Counted from the first letter of the stretch, positions 46,935-56,777 are shown. The stretch: 64,000 bases of DNA from Deltaproteobacteria bacterium (GCA_011526105.1 WYAZ01000135.1:83190-147189), one strand, 5' to 3'. Numbers and translations are program-made. The notes: generated by a model from the sequence alone, not told the origin.

Positions 46935-48284
46935 TCACTCGGTCGCCAGGAACCAGAAGTTTGCGGTTCCGTGAGGAAGGTATGCAAAGCCCCTCAGCCT
47001 CGGCAGGTAGAGCCACCGAGTGTACACTCCGTTGACCGCATCCGGGGGCGCGGTCCCGCTCGTGGCGAGGGCGGTGGCCTCGAAGCTGACGGGGTCGATG
47101 CGTATGACCTCGCCTGCATCCGAGGACTTGAGCAGGAATGCGTCTTCACCGGGCAGGTACTCCATCCCGCTTTGCCCCGAGATCGCCGCCGCTGCTTCGG
47201 GGCCGGTGAAGGTTACGTCCGTGAGGGTGCCCGCGAAGCTGAGCAGCAGCCCCTGCAGCTGGCCGACGCGGTAGGCGTTGCGGGTGAACAGGACCTGCTG
47301 CCGAGTCGGATCCACGGCGGACGGAGAGCGAGAAACGATGTCATCGTTGGCGTAGCTGGGGCGCGCGGCCAGGGTGTTCCACGCGCCGGTGGATGCGGTC
47401 CATACGCGGAACGAGCCGACGGAGAACGTGTACGTGTCGTCGGTCGTGGGGTCCTGCGCGTAGGGCCGATCGATCGCGCCTCCGCCCGGGGCGGATGCGG
47501 CCCAGGTGCCCGCGGGGTCCCAGTCGTTGGTCGCGAGATCAAAAGCGTCCACGTTGTTGTTGTTCCCGTTGCCGCTGCCCCACACGGAGCCGGCCGACAT
47601 CTTGAAAATGCGGTCTCGCGAGCGCACGAAGTGAAGTGCGTAGTAGAGGTGAGTCGAGCTCGGCCGACCGTCGGTGTAGTACGCTTGATCCGTGACGATG
47701 AAGGCGCCGTCGGTGGGATCGCGTAAGATCCGCCACTCCGGCTGGTCTCGATCGAGATCGATTCCGTAGACCTCGTTTCCGGCCCAGTCCGCGTGTCCTC
47801 CCGCGCACGCGAGGTAGACGTCTCCGTTGTCTCGATTCGCGGACAGCCCGTTCCATGCGTCGATACGAGATCGGGGCGTGACCATGCCGCCGTTGATGGG
47901 GTCGATGACGGGCTGGTTCGAAAGAGAGGTGCCTTGGATCTCGGTCCACTCCCACTGTGCGAGGCCGAGTCTCCAGGTGGGCAAGCCCCCATCGCTGACG
48001 CCGACGTCCCGGCGGCCGAGATCGGGTGCGCCGCTGTCGAGAGCACCGGCATCATGGGCGTCGACTGGGCCGGCATCTGCTTCGGCGGCATCTGCTTCGG
48101 CAGCGTCGGGGTGCCCCGCGTCGAGGTGTCCCCCGTCGAAGCCAACATCCCGTGACGTGCCGACGTCGCCGAGGTCGCTCGCGCCACCGTCCTCCGCGAG
48201 GCTCCCCGCGCAGGCGGAGCTCATGAGGGCGAGTAAGCCGCAGACCGCGGATGCGGTGCTTCGTCCGGTCATAGCGGCGGGCAT
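46935..48284 (-). CDS. hypothetical secreted lipoprotein (possible beta-propeller), acidic DA-repeat N-terminal linker
   Basis: Start refined to ATG 48284 (MPAAMTGRSTASAVCGLLALMSSAC). DAAEADAAEADAG linker. The body is W/G/D/N-rich with a GSGNGNNNN loop. Confidence 0.55.
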   Translation of the reverse strand: MPAAMTGRSTASAVCGLLALMSSACAGSLAEDGGASDLGDVGTSRDVGFDGGHLDAGHPDAAEADAAEADAGPVDAHDAGALDSGAPDLGRRDVGVSDGGLPTWRLGLAQWEWTEIQGTSLSNQPVIDPINGGMVTPRSRIDAWNGLSANRDNGDVYLACAGGHADWAGNEVYGIDLDRDQPEWRILRDPTDGAFIVTDQAYYTDGRPSSTHLYYALHFVRSRDRIFKMSAGSVWGSGNGNNNNVDAFDLATNDWDPAGTWAASAPGGGAIDRPYAQDPTTDDTYTFSVGSFRVWTASTGAWNTLAARPSYANDDIVSRSPSAVDPTRQQVLFTRNAYRVGQLQGLLLSFAGTLTDVTFTGPEAAAAISGQSGMEYLPGEDAFLLKSSDAGEVIRIDPVSFEATALATSGTAPPDAVNGVYTRWLYLPRLRGFAYLPHGTANFWFLATE

Positions 48285-48361
48285 CCTACCGCCGTCTGTG
48301 GGTTGTTGCACCTCGGTGCGGGCGCCTCTGCTGAGGAGCTTGGAGCGCGGTCGCATTGGGG

Positions 48362-49168
48362 TCAGTCTGCGTTGAGCGCGGCATCCTGAGTGAGGCACGG
48401 GCGCCCCTGGGCCCAGGCGTCCAGCGTCGACTGAATCCGAATCCCCGCGGCCCCGTCCACGCGCCAGTAGTAGATGGTCTGGGTCTGTGCCCCGTTCTGA
48501 CAGAAGCCACCCACGCTGGTCGCGATCCCGACCACGTGTTGCTCGGCGCGGTCTACGTCTGGGTCGGTGTCGTAGAGAGGCGATCCGCTGTCGCCGCCCC
48601 ACACCGAAGCCTGGGCGCACATGATGGTCGACCGCACCCTCGTACTCGATACCGGCTGGAGCAGCACACTCGAGATCTTGCGGGCGCGTCCGTCGCGGGT
48701 GTTGTTCTCGTGCAGGAAGGTCGACAGGGTGTAGTGGTCATCGAATCCGTGTGGACTGGCGATCCGGGCGAAGCTCGACTTGCAGGTCGTGGTTCTCAGC
48801 AGCGCCAAGTCGAAGTCCGGGCTGAGCAGGTCGATCTCGATCACGTCTTGATATCGGACGTGCTTTCTCGTGTCGTCGCCCTGGCCGAAGCGGTAGTGAC
48901 CCGGGTCGGGATCGGTCACGCAGTGGGCCGCGGTCAGGATGGCGTTCGGCGCAATTCGGATCGCAGTGCAACCTCGGCCCTCCGGGGGCAGGCTTGGATG
49001 ATGGGCCACGAATCCGGTGGCAGGAAACTCCGAGAGTGAGCTCGCGTCTCCGCCGAGGATGTATCCTTCCGCCTCTGTGAGCTCACCCTCTTCCAGCCCG
49101 CAGGCGGCCAGCGTGAGCACGTACAGGATCCCAGGCCCCAGAGCGGCGTGATTGCGTGTGTATCTCAT
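48362..49168 (-). CDS. trypsin-like (S1 family) serine protease lipoprotein
   Basis: Lipobox LTLAAC. Catalytic His in ILTAAHC, Asp in DLALLRT, and Ser in GDSGSPL. Confidence 0.8.
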   Translation of the reverse strand: MRYTRNHAALGPGILYVLTLAACGLEEGELTEAEGYILGGDASSLSEFPATGFVAHHPSLPPEGRGCTAIRIAPNAILTAAHCVTDPDPGHYRFGQGDDTRKHVRYQDVIEIDLLSPDFDLALLRTTTCKSSFARIASPHGFDDHYTLSTFLHENNTRDGRARKISSVLLQPVSSTRVRSTIMCAQASVWGGDSGSPLYDTDPDVDRAEQHVVGIATSVGGFCQNGAQTQTIYYWRVDGAAGIRIQSTLDAWAQGRPCLTQDAALNAD

Positions 49169-49213
49169 GCCGAGCTTATCGGCGCGGGATGGGCGGATGG
49201 TCCTTACCGGTCC

Positions 49214-51202
49214 TTACCGAGGAGTCTGTCGGCGCAGAAGCTGATCCGCATAGAGCGAAGCCGGAACCAGGGCCGAACGTCGAGCGGAGCCTTCCAGGAA
49301 GTCCTCGGGTTCGGTGTGGAGGCTCGTATGACCGTTCGAGTTCAGCGCCCAGAACGGGTACCACTCCAGCTCCCACAGCGCGTCCGACGTGTCCGCGAGC
49401 TCCACGAACTGCACCTCTAGGTCGTTCCCAATCAGATACCCGTGGCCGTACTGCCAGGAGTAGAGGTCACCGCTCCCGTAGAGCCGCCAATACACGCTTT
49501 CGGTCACGGTGTGGCCGGCGCCGCTGCTCTCCGCGCGACGGTTGCCGCCCACCCAACCGTCGCTCAGCTCCGAGTTTTCGATCAGCACCGCCATCGCCAG
49601 TGAGTGGTGGAACTCGCTCCGGCAAGCCACCCAGGCTCCGTCGCACCGACTCCCTTCGCTGCTCGAGTCGCGGATGACGATGCCGCTGTTGCCGAAGTCC
49701 CAGTTGAAGCTGAAGTTGTGCCTCCCGCCGCGAAGCGTGGCTCTTTGGACCAACACCTCGTTGCTGCGCGAGATCTCGACGAGATAGCCGTTACCGCCCG
49801 ATCCTCGGTTTTGGGCCGGGCCCAGGGCGATGTCCTCGACCGTGATCTGCCGTGAGCCCACGACGGAGATCCCGTGGCTTTGAAGGTGCTGAGCCTCCGT
49901 GGGCGGGGACGAGAGTGGAGACGAGTACGTCCTCAGGCGTCGAACCCACCCGTCCTTGACTCCGCGGAAGGAGATGAGTGAGACGCGATTCTCGGATTGT
50001 GCCTGGCTGAGTTCGACCGCATTCGAGAGCGTGAGCGCTTCGACGCCGACCTCTCGAACCGTCCCCTCGATGCGCCTCAAGCTCGCTGAGTCGCGCACGC
50101 GCACCGGGTATCTCAAGGGCACGTCGAACGTGACTCGATATCCACCGGCACCCAAGGGGTGAATCGACATGACGGTGCGCCAAAAAATCGGGCGCCACTC
50201 TTCCGCCGCGAAGCCCCAGTAGGACTCCATGCCGTGTTCGGCGCGAAACGCGGCGCTGATGACGAAACCCACGGCCACCTCGTCGCCCTCGGACAGATCG
50301 CCCGCGTCTTCGATGTCGACCGAGAACTCTCGGCTGAGGCCATCCGCGCTCAACGCGATGGGCGCTCCAAAGATCGGCATACGTCCGAACTCGAGGTGAG
50401 CGTGATCGCTCATGCCGGCGGCGCTCGAGAAGTAGACGCGGGTCACATCCTGCCCGGCTCCTTTCAGGAGTACGTTCGACCCATTGACCTCCAGGCGACC
50501 ATCGACGCGGTATTCTCCGGCCGGCAGGTCGACCACCCCGCCCCCGGCGGAGATCGCGGCATCGATCGCGAGTTGGATGGCCGAGGTCCAGTCCGGACCC
50601 GAACCGTAGGCCGTGATGTCAAAGTGCGCGGTGGAGGGCTCAAAGATCTCGCGAAGGCCCCCGGCGTAGCCTGCGTAAGAGAAGTCATGAAGGAATCGGC
50701 CCTCGGCGTCCGTGGACCCCGGCGTCCAGTCGGCCGGATAGAGCGCGCTTCGCCAGCAAGAGTCCCCGTCACACGCTTCACAGCGCGAAGTGATTGGGTC
50801 GCAGCGCTCGGCGCCCGAGCAGTCGGAGTCCTCGCTGCACTCGGCGCACCGCTGGTTCGCGCATAGCGAGCCCGCCTCACACGGCTGCTGGCATTCACCC
50901 CCGCAACCGTCCGGTGCCCCGCCACAGGTTCCTTCGCAGCGCGGTACGCAGAGGTTGTTTCCTGCGTCTCGGGGAAGCTCGGGACCCGGAGGTTCGGACG
51001 CGTCCGATGGGGGTTCGATCTCGGCGTCTTTCAGCGGTCCGTGCGAGGCGTCGAAACTGGCGTCCGGCTGCCGATCCCTGCTGGCGGATAGGGCGTCGGC
51101 GGAGCAGGCCTCGAGGGCAAACAGGAGGCCCACCGCGACCGTCGCCGTATGCAGTCGCGGGCCCGCGGTCGAGGGGGGTCGCACCGGCATCACGATCATC
51201 AT
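49214..51202 (-). CDS. secreted pectate-lyase-superfamily / GH28-related beta-helix protein with Cys-rich N-terminal module
   Basis: Signal peptide. Cys-rich segment (CVPRCEGTCGG…CQQPCEAGSLCANQRCAECSEDSDC…). Then DFSYAGYAGG…ITAYGSGPDWTSAIQLAIDAAISAGGGVVDLPAGEYRV, the conserved N-terminus of Pectate_lyase_3-type beta-helix proteins. Confidence 0.7.
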   Translation of the reverse strand: MMIVMPVRPPSTAGPRLHTATVAVGLLFALEACSADALSASRDRQPDASFDASHGPLKDAEIEPPSDASEPPGPELPRDAGNNLCVPRCEGTCGGAPDGCGGECQQPCEAGSLCANQRCAECSEDSDCSGAERCDPITSRCEACDGDSCWRSALYPADWTPGSTDAEGRFLHDFSYAGYAGGLREIFEPSTAHFDITAYGSGPDWTSAIQLAIDAAISAGGGVVDLPAGEYRVDGRLEVNGSNVLLKGAGQDVTRVYFSSAAGMSDHAHLEFGRMPIFGAPIALSADGLSREFSVDIEDAGDLSEGDEVAVGFVISAAFRAEHGMESYWGFAAEEWRPIFWRTVMSIHPLGAGGYRVTFDVPLRYPVRVRDSASLRRIEGTVREVGVEALTLSNAVELSQAQSENRVSLISFRGVKDGWVRRLRTYSSPLSSPPTEAQHLQSHGISVVGSRQITVEDIALGPAQNRGSGGNGYLVEISRSNEVLVQRATLRGGRHNFSFNWDFGNSGIVIRDSSSEGSRCDGAWVACRSEFHHSLAMAVLIENSELSDGWVGGNRRAESSGAGHTVTESVYWRLYGSGDLYSWQYGHGYLIGNDLEVQFVELADTSDALWELEWYPFWALNSNGHTSLHTEPEDFLEGSARRSALVPASLYADQLLRRQTPR

Positions 51203-51390
51203 CGGGCGATCGTCCTGGCATGTGGCTTACAGCGGCTTACGCCCCGCCGAGGGGCCTTGACGGGGGAGACCCACGCTGCGGGTCTCATGGAGGCCGCTGC
51301 GCGCACGAGCAGAGCTGCCGAAGACGCGGTGAGGGCACTCGACTCCGTCGAGCAGTTGACCGCCGTTCTGCGGTCGCGTCAGATGCGTCC

Positions 51391-52980
51391 GTGCGGCGAC
51401 TCGGTTGGGCTGCGGCGCTCTGGCTGGCTCTGGCAGGCGGTTGCGGCGGTGGAGAGCAGTTCCTCGCTCTGCCGGAGCTGGGTCTGGACGTGCTGTTTGT
51501 GTTTGGGCTCGACGACGAGGGCCAAACCCTCGAGGTCGCGGGTCCACTCGTCTTGGACGAGTCCACGACCGGAGACCGCTCTGCCGTGCTGAGCGCGAGC
51601 GAGCTGCGCGTGGTCGGATGGTCGCACGACGCGCTGGGTGACTCGACCGTGCTCTACGATCGCGCGCGCGCGAGTCAGATCGAACTCGGCTTTGCTTCTG
51701 CCCCCTCGTGCCAGCCGGACGAGCTCGATGCGCAGTCCATGAGCATTCTCACCGCTGCTCCAGCCTCGACGGAGACTCATACGCTCACATTGGATGGTCT
51801 GCACAACCCGGTCGAGTCCTCCCCCGACCTCGTGCTCCGCCTGCCGGTCGATCTCGATGCCTGCGTTCCGGAGAGCCGTGGTCTCCTTCGACCCTTCGCG
51901 GATCGCGAGTTCCCGATCTCGGTGGGCTCGGAGCTTCTCGGACATCCGGTGAGCCAACCGGATCTCAGCTTTCGAGACGTCCATTTGCTCGACGACGGAC
52001 GATTGCTCGCGCTCAGCGCCAAGTGGCTGTTTCTGTTCGAGACGGGTCGCACCTTCCGCGCGGAGCCGTCGCACGCCCTCCTCGTGCCCGAAACCACGTT
52101 CCAAGCATTTGCCGTTGACGACGACACCTCGCGACACGGCGACCAACCCCTCGTGACGATCGCTGGCACGCGAGATCTGGAACCAGTCTCCGGTCTAGTC
52201 GTGGATGTCCGCGTCACCGCTTCTGGATTCGAGGTGCTCGGGACCAGCTCGATCAGTTCACGCATGGACGAGCTGGTAGTTCGTCAGCTCGACGGACGTC
52301 TCGTTGGTGTCGCCGTGGCGGGGTTCGTGCTCACGAGGGTCGGCCTGGGCGCCGAGGTCGAACTCCTACCAGCCCCATGGATGGACATCGACAGCTTTGC
52401 GCAGCTCGGTCTGACGGGCGACCCGGAGCATCCATACGTGGCTTCGGCTGGGAATCGGGGTGGCGTCCTCCTCGGGGACACGGACGCGAGGGTGTGGACG
52501 GCCGTGCCCGCTCGGGGCTTGGACATCAATGCCCGCGTTCGCGCGCTCTCCAAGGTCGAGGAAGGGGGGCGCGAGGTTTGGGCGGGGACCTCGAACGGGC
52601 AGGTCTTCCGCTGGGAGATGGATCGGGATGTCTGGGAACAGGTGAAGCTCCCAATTTCCCCCACGCTCGCCGCTTGTGCTCTGCCTGAGGGTTGCGGCTA
52701 CTTCAAGATACGCCCCACGGTTCGAGGCTTCGAGTTCTTCGAGCGCCGCGGGGTGCCGCGCGTTCTCATCAGCCTGTCCGAATGCGCGGGCCTCGTTGAT
52801 CTCCGTCTCGACGGAAAGTGCGCCGGGCCCATCCACATCGAAGGACGTCCGCTCGATGAGCTGACCTGGGTGCCCGAGCTCCAGAGCTTCCTTGATTTCC
52901 GGGCGACTCACTTCGCGAACGGTCAGCTCGTGGTTGCTTCTCAGGAAGGTGGTGTTTATGTCCTCGATGTCGAACCCTGA
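51391..52980 (+). CDS. hypothetical lipoprotein
   Basis: Start placed at in-frame GTG 51391, giving (M)RRLGWAAALWLALAGGC (Arg-rich n-region plus lipobox). The upstream part of the ORF (50794-51390) is R-rich and overlaps the opposite-strand gene. Confidence 0.55.
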   Translation: MRRLGWAAALWLALAGGCGGGEQFLALPELGLDVLFVFGLDDEGQTLEVAGPLVLDESTTGDRSAVLSASELRVVGWSHDALGDSTVLYDRARASQIELGFASAPSCQPDELDAQSMSILTAAPASTETHTLTLDGLHNPVESSPDLVLRLPVDLDACVPESRGLLRPFADREFPISVGSELLGHPVSQPDLSFRDVHLLDDGRLLALSAKWLFLFETGRTFRAEPSHALLVPETTFQAFAVDDDTSRHGDQPLVTIAGTRDLEPVSGLVVDVRVTASGFEVLGTSSISSRMDELVVRQLDGRLVGVAVAGFVLTRVGLGAEVELLPAPWMDIDSFAQLGLTGDPEHPYVASAGNRGGVLLGDTDARVWTAVPARGLDINARVRALSKVEEGGREVWAGTSNGQVFRWEMDRDVWEQVKLPISPTLAACALPEGCGYFKIRPTVRGFEFFERRGVPRVLISLSECAGLVDLRLDGKCAGPIHIEGRPLDELTWVPELQSFLDFRATHFANGQLVVASQEGGVYVLDVEP

Positions 52981-53410
52981 GCCTGGGTGTCGATGGGTTG
53001 TCTTCGGCGCTCTCGTGATGGGCTTCGTCGCCGCAGCCTGCGGCCGAACCGAGGTCTTCTCCTCCTCCGTGCCTCCCACCGATGCTGGCACCGAGCCTGT
53101 CTGTTTGGAACTCTGCTTGGAGGTCGAGCAAGAGCTGCGAGATATCTTCGGGGTGGCCGATCCCTGCACCGAACGAGCCTGGGCGAAGCGCGCCTTCGAC
53201 TGCGAAGCCTGCGCTCAGCTCTTCGTCGACTTCTATGGCGTAGCCCTCGAGACCTCGGCTTGTCGCGATTGTCATGACGAAGTCCCAAACGTCTACTGCG
53301 GTACTCCGCCACCAGCCTGTCCGCTCGGCTCGCGTCCCGGCACCAGCGGCCACTCAAAGTGCGGGCCCAGCTTCACCGGCGAGTGTGTGCCCTGTTCGAC
53401 CAAAGACTGA
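52958..53410 (+). CDS. small Cys-rich secreted lipoprotein (150 aa, about 14 Cys)
   Basis: Start refined to ATG 52958 with AGGAAGG 8 nt upstream (MSSMSNPEPGCRWVVFGALVMGFVAAAC). The mature part carries paired Cys (CLELC, CEAC, CRDC, CGTPPPAC, CGPSFTGECVPC). It overlaps the upstream gene end by 23 nt. Confidence 0.5.
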   Translation: MSSMSNPEPGCRWVVFGALVMGFVAAACGRTEVFSSSVPPTDAGTEPVCLELCLEVEQELRDIFGVADPCTERAWAKRAFDCEACAQLFVDFYGVALETSACRDCHDEVPNVYCGTPPPACPLGSRPGTSGHSKCGPSFTGECVPCSTKD

Positions 53411-53478
53411 GGGAACCCGCACTCGCGTCGCAGCCTCGGTCTTTGCCTAGGTAGTTCTCAGCCTCAGCCGCGGGCATA

Positions 53479-54294
53479 GTGCCGCCCGTGTCGCGGCCCG
53501 AGAGCACATCCGCGTGTCCGAGCTCCGGAGTCGGCCCGAGGCAGATCAGCACCCCCGAGAGCCTGGCGCGCATCGGCCTCGGGCTCTTCTGCACCGGGGT
53601 GCTGGTTCTGACCATGACGCCGCTGCTCATCATCCTCTTGCCGTTTCGGTCGGCGCGCGTTCGGGTCACCAACGTCTTTGGGGTGTGGATCGGCCGCTCG
53701 GTGATGGCCTGCGCGGGATGCCCAGTCACGGTCGAGGGTCGCGAGAACCTGAGTGCGGACCGACCTGCGATCTATGCGTGCAACCACACCTCCACGCTCG
53801 ATGCCTTCACCACCATCTGGCTCACGCCCATGGGAACCGTCGGCGTCGCCAAGAAGGAGGTTCTCTATTACCCCTTCTACGGACAGGCTTGGTGGCTCGC
53901 CGGGCACATCTTCCTCGATCGTGGTCAAAGCGCGCGCGCCAAGGCTTCCCTCACCCGGGCCGCGAAGGTCATCAAGCGACTTGGGCTGCATGTTTGCATT
54001 CTCCCCGAAGGAACCCGCTCCCGAGATGGACGTCTACTCCCATTCAAGAAGGGCATCGTGCATCTCGCGCTCGAGACCAGGCTGCCGATCGTTCCAATGG
54101 TGACCATCGGCGCGCAGGGAACGTGGGACCGAGATGGACTTCGGCTGCGTCCGTCGCCGATTCGCATTGTGTTTCTGCCGCCCATCTCCACGGAGGCCTG
54201 GACGCAGGAGGGGATGAGCGAGCAGATCGACGCGATCCGGCGCCCGTTTCTCGAGACGCTCCCTGCGGGTCAGCAACCTCAACCGTCGAGCTAG
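53479..54294 (+). CDS. plsC: 1-acyl-sn-glycerol-3-phosphate acyltransferase (LPLAT/PlsC family)
   Basis: N-terminal TM helix, HX4D motif (NHTSTLD), FLDRG, and the PEGTRS motif. Confidence 0.8.
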   Translation: MPPVSRPESTSACPSSGVGPRQISTPESLARIGLGLFCTGVLVLTMTPLLIILLPFRSARVRVTNVFGVWIGRSVMACAGCPVTVEGRENLSADRPAIYACNHTSTLDAFTTIWLTPMGTVGVAKKEVLYYPFYGQAWWLAGHIFLDRGQSARAKASLTRAAKVIKRLGLHVCILPEGTRSRDGRLLPFKKGIVHLALETRLPIVPMVTIGAQGTWDRDGLRLRPSPIRIVFLPPISTEAWTQEGMSEQIDAIRRPFLETLPAGQQPQPSS

Positions 54295-55268
54295 GCCGGA
54301 GCGGCCGCGAAGCTCGTCGTGAAGCTCTGGTCGTCGAAGCGATCGAGGCTCTGCTCCCAGCGGTACTGCGGCCACAGGAGGCTCACCGAGCGTTGCTTCG
54401 GCCGATACACCGCGGTGTAGAGCGTTCCGTAACCTTGCTCGTGGCGAGTGCCGAAGGCAGGCGCTTCGAGGAAGCGTTGCACGAACCGGGCTGCGGTCTC
54501 CGTGGGGTCGGAGAGGCGAAGGCTGAGCGTGGAGAGGCGCTCGGCGCTGCGCGTCGCCTTTGCGTACGCGCTCCACTCCACCGCTTCCTGATGGTTCGTG
54601 GCCACGAAGTTGCGCGTGACCTGCGCGCCCCGGTCCGGAGTCACGAACACCGTGGCGTGGTCGACCGAGGCGTCCAAAAGCGTGATGCTGTAGCTCATGT
54701 GCGAGGGAACGCGCTGCAGGACCTCGGTCGCCTCCCCGGTCGTGTCGCAGGTCTCCAGGACGTAACGCAGGATGAGCGGAATGCCGAAGCCGTCCCCCAC
54801 CTGCTTTCGGCCCCCGAACGACAGAGAGACACACAGCCCCGCGTCGTTGACGCCGTCGAGGAGGCCCCATAGACAGTCGCTCATGCCGAGCACCCGCCTT
54901 CTCCAGTGCGTTCGGACGAGCAGCTTCTCCCAAAGCCTCGGAGCGTAGTCGTAGTTTCGCACCAGCATGGGCTCGCTCCGCGTCCACGCTGCCTGTGAAC
55001 ACGCAGTGAGGTACGGAGGCGGGCAGTACAGAGCGAGCCCGCGCGCGGCGAGGTCGGAGCCACCGGCGAGCTCCATCAGCCGCCCATAGGTCTCCATGAG
55101 CTCGGGCATGTGCCTCTGCAACGCGCGCCTCGAAGCGAGGTATGTCGGCCGCGCCCGGTCCCCCTCTTGAAGAAACCACTCGCGGTACTCGGGCCAGGAC
55201 GCCTCGAAGAACCGAGCCCACTTCGGGCCCGGCTTTGGCTCATCGAGCGTGTCGACCACTACCTGCAC
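54291..55268 (-). CDS. Ntn-hydrolase, C45 / linear-amide C-N hydrolase-like (acyltransferase/amidase)
   Basis: A candidate N-terminal-nucleophile Cys sits at about residue 90 (…YCPPPYLTACSQAAW). DGVNDAGLCVSLSF resembles the DG(M/L)NE.GL motif of the C45/choloylglycine-hydrolase families. The family call is moderate. Confidence 0.6.
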   Translation of the reverse strand: MQVVVDTLDEPKPGPKWARFFEASWPEYREWFLQEGDRARPTYLASRRALQRHMPELMETYGRLMELAGGSDLAARGLALYCPPPYLTACSQAAWTRSEPMLVRNYDYAPRLWEKLLVRTHWRRRVLGMSDCLWGLLDGVNDAGLCVSLSFGGRKQVGDGFGIPLILRYVLETCDTTGEATEVLQRVPSHMSYSITLLDASVDHATVFVTPDRGAQVTRNFVATNHQEAVEWSAYAKATRSAERLSTLSLRLSDPTETAARFVQRFLEAPAFGTRHEQGYGTLYTAVYRPKQRSVSLLWPQYRWEQSLDRFDDQSFTTSFAAAPA

Positions 55269-55278
55269 GGGCTTGGTC

Positions 55279-56766
55279 CTAAAGGAGCTTGAAGTTCCCG
55301 GCTTCGGCCACTCGGGTGGCCACGGCGGCTTGCTCTTTGCCGATGGGGGACCACTCGTACTGTGAACGAATGGCCTGCGTCCATTTGCGGGCGCGGTCGG
55401 TCAGCTGGAAGTCGTCCGTCATCAGCCGGCCCGGCGTAATCAAGATCCCGAGGTCAGCCCCCTCGTAGAAGTAGTCTCCGACCTTGCTGATCCGCAGAAA
55501 GAACGCCTCGTCCTCGCTCTCGACCGTGCGTCGGTGGGTCTGCACGCGCACGAAGTCCGCGCCGCCATCCGGCCGCATGCGCCAGACCCCAGAGGGGGGC
55601 GCCTTGGTGATGAGGCCCACCTGATCGGTGACGTGCTTGATGACGAGCTGACCCCAACCGTCGATATACTCCGGTTGTGACCAGCGCTCGTTGAGTTCCT
55701 CCACGTCGAGCTCGAAGTCCACGTCCGAGAACTCGAGCAGGTGAAACAGGAACAAGGGAGCGTCCGCGTGCGCGAAGGCCGCCAGGTTCGTCATGGCGCT
55801 CGCGCCGGTGATCCGCGGGTTCACCTCGCCCAGATAGAGCGTGTTGGTGTCGAGGTCGCGCAAAAAATCGAGCTCGAAGTAGCCGCGGTAGCCGAGCTTG
55901 CGCAGCGACTCGCCGAAGGCCGCGGTCATCTGCCTCGCCTTCTTGCGGACCGCCGCCGGGAAGGACTCCGGAAGGACCTCGTTGCCGCACCAGCCCCCCT
56001 TGTACGGGGTCAGCTCCTTGAAGCCGACCAACTCGGTCATGAGCGGGCCCACGATCGTGCCCTGACGGGTGACGCAGGCCTCGAGCGCGGCGCCACGGCA
56101 CCTTATGCGCTTCATGATCTTTAGCTCGGGGGCCTCGATGATGTCTTTCGAGTGCCGGTCGAAGTCCGCTTCGTTGGAGATGAAGAAGGTGGTGTGTCCG
56201 GAGTCGCCGAACGCAGTTTGGATCACGAGATCGTTGCCGAGTTTGGAGGCGACCTTTCGCAGCTCGTTGTAGTCCTTTACGCGGCCGAGCACGTTGGGGA
56301 CCGAGGCGATGCCGGCTTCATCGCCCAGCCGAGTGGCGGAGATCTTGTTGTCCACCTTGGCCCGCAGCGAGGCGGGCGGAAAGCAAATCTCCAGATCGAG
56401 TTCCTTCGCGATCTCCTCGGTCTTCTCATCGAAGAACAGGAAGACCGATCGGGGCCTCTTGCCCCCCTTCTTGCTCCCTTCGATGAGATCCACCACCGCT
56501 TTGTGCTGAAGGAGGTAGTTGTTGATGTCCTCGATGCTGGTGAAGGGCTCGTGTGTCACCTCGGGCGGCGAGAAGACGTTGGGATGATGTCCATCGAAGC
56601 AGTCGATGTAGTTGATGTATCGAAAGTTACGGACCCACTCATCGATGCCCATCAAGTTGAAGCTGGTCGCGCTCACGAAGAACGTGGGCGTCTCGTTTCG
56701 GTGGAAGTACCGCCGGATGTCCGAGATGCCGTGCAGCTTCTCTCGCTTTTTGGTGTTCTTGCTCAT
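55279..56766 (-). CDS. ATP-grasp superfamily ligase with pre-ATP-grasp N-terminal domain; substrate unknown
   Basis: ATP-grasp Mg/ATP motif …YFELDFLRDLDTNTLYLGEVNPRITGAS… (E-x-N-P-R). The central region has VIQTAFGDSGHTTFFISNEADF. Composition is K/N/F/Y-rich with native GC3-rich codons. Confidence 0.75.
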   Translation of the reverse strand: MSKNTKKREKLHGISDIRRYFHRNETPTFFVSATSFNLMGIDEWVRNFRYINYIDCFDGHHPNVFSPPEVTHEPFTSIEDINNYLLQHKAVVDLIEGSKKGGKRPRSVFLFFDEKTEEIAKELDLEICFPPASLRAKVDNKISATRLGDEAGIASVPNVLGRVKDYNELRKVASKLGNDLVIQTAFGDSGHTTFFISNEADFDRHSKDIIEAPELKIMKRIRCRGAALEACVTRQGTIVGPLMTELVGFKELTPYKGGWCGNEVLPESFPAAVRKKARQMTAAFGESLRKLGYRGYFELDFLRDLDTNTLYLGEVNPRITGASAMTNLAAFAHADAPLFLFHLLEFSDVDFELDVEELNERWSQPEYIDGWGQLVIKHVTDQVGLITKAPPSGVWRMRPDGGADFVRVQTHRRTVESEDEAFFLRISKVGDYFYEGADLGILITPGRLMTDDFQLTDRARKWTQAIRSQYEWSPIGKEQAAVATRVAEAGNFKLL

Positions 56767-56777
56767 CTGTTCTCCTT

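Noticed and set aside
50794-51390. Upstream 199-codon extension of the 51391..52980 lipoprotein ORF
   Set aside because: The region is R/S/P-rich and overlaps the well-supported minus-strand beta-helix gene. A GTG at 51391 yields a canonical lipoprotein signal instead.
53514-54872. 452-aa plus-strand ORF overlapping plsC and the C45 hydrolase gene
   Set aside because: Alternative frame with R/H/G-rich composition. The plsC frame (53479..54294) carries the HX4D/PEGTR motifs.
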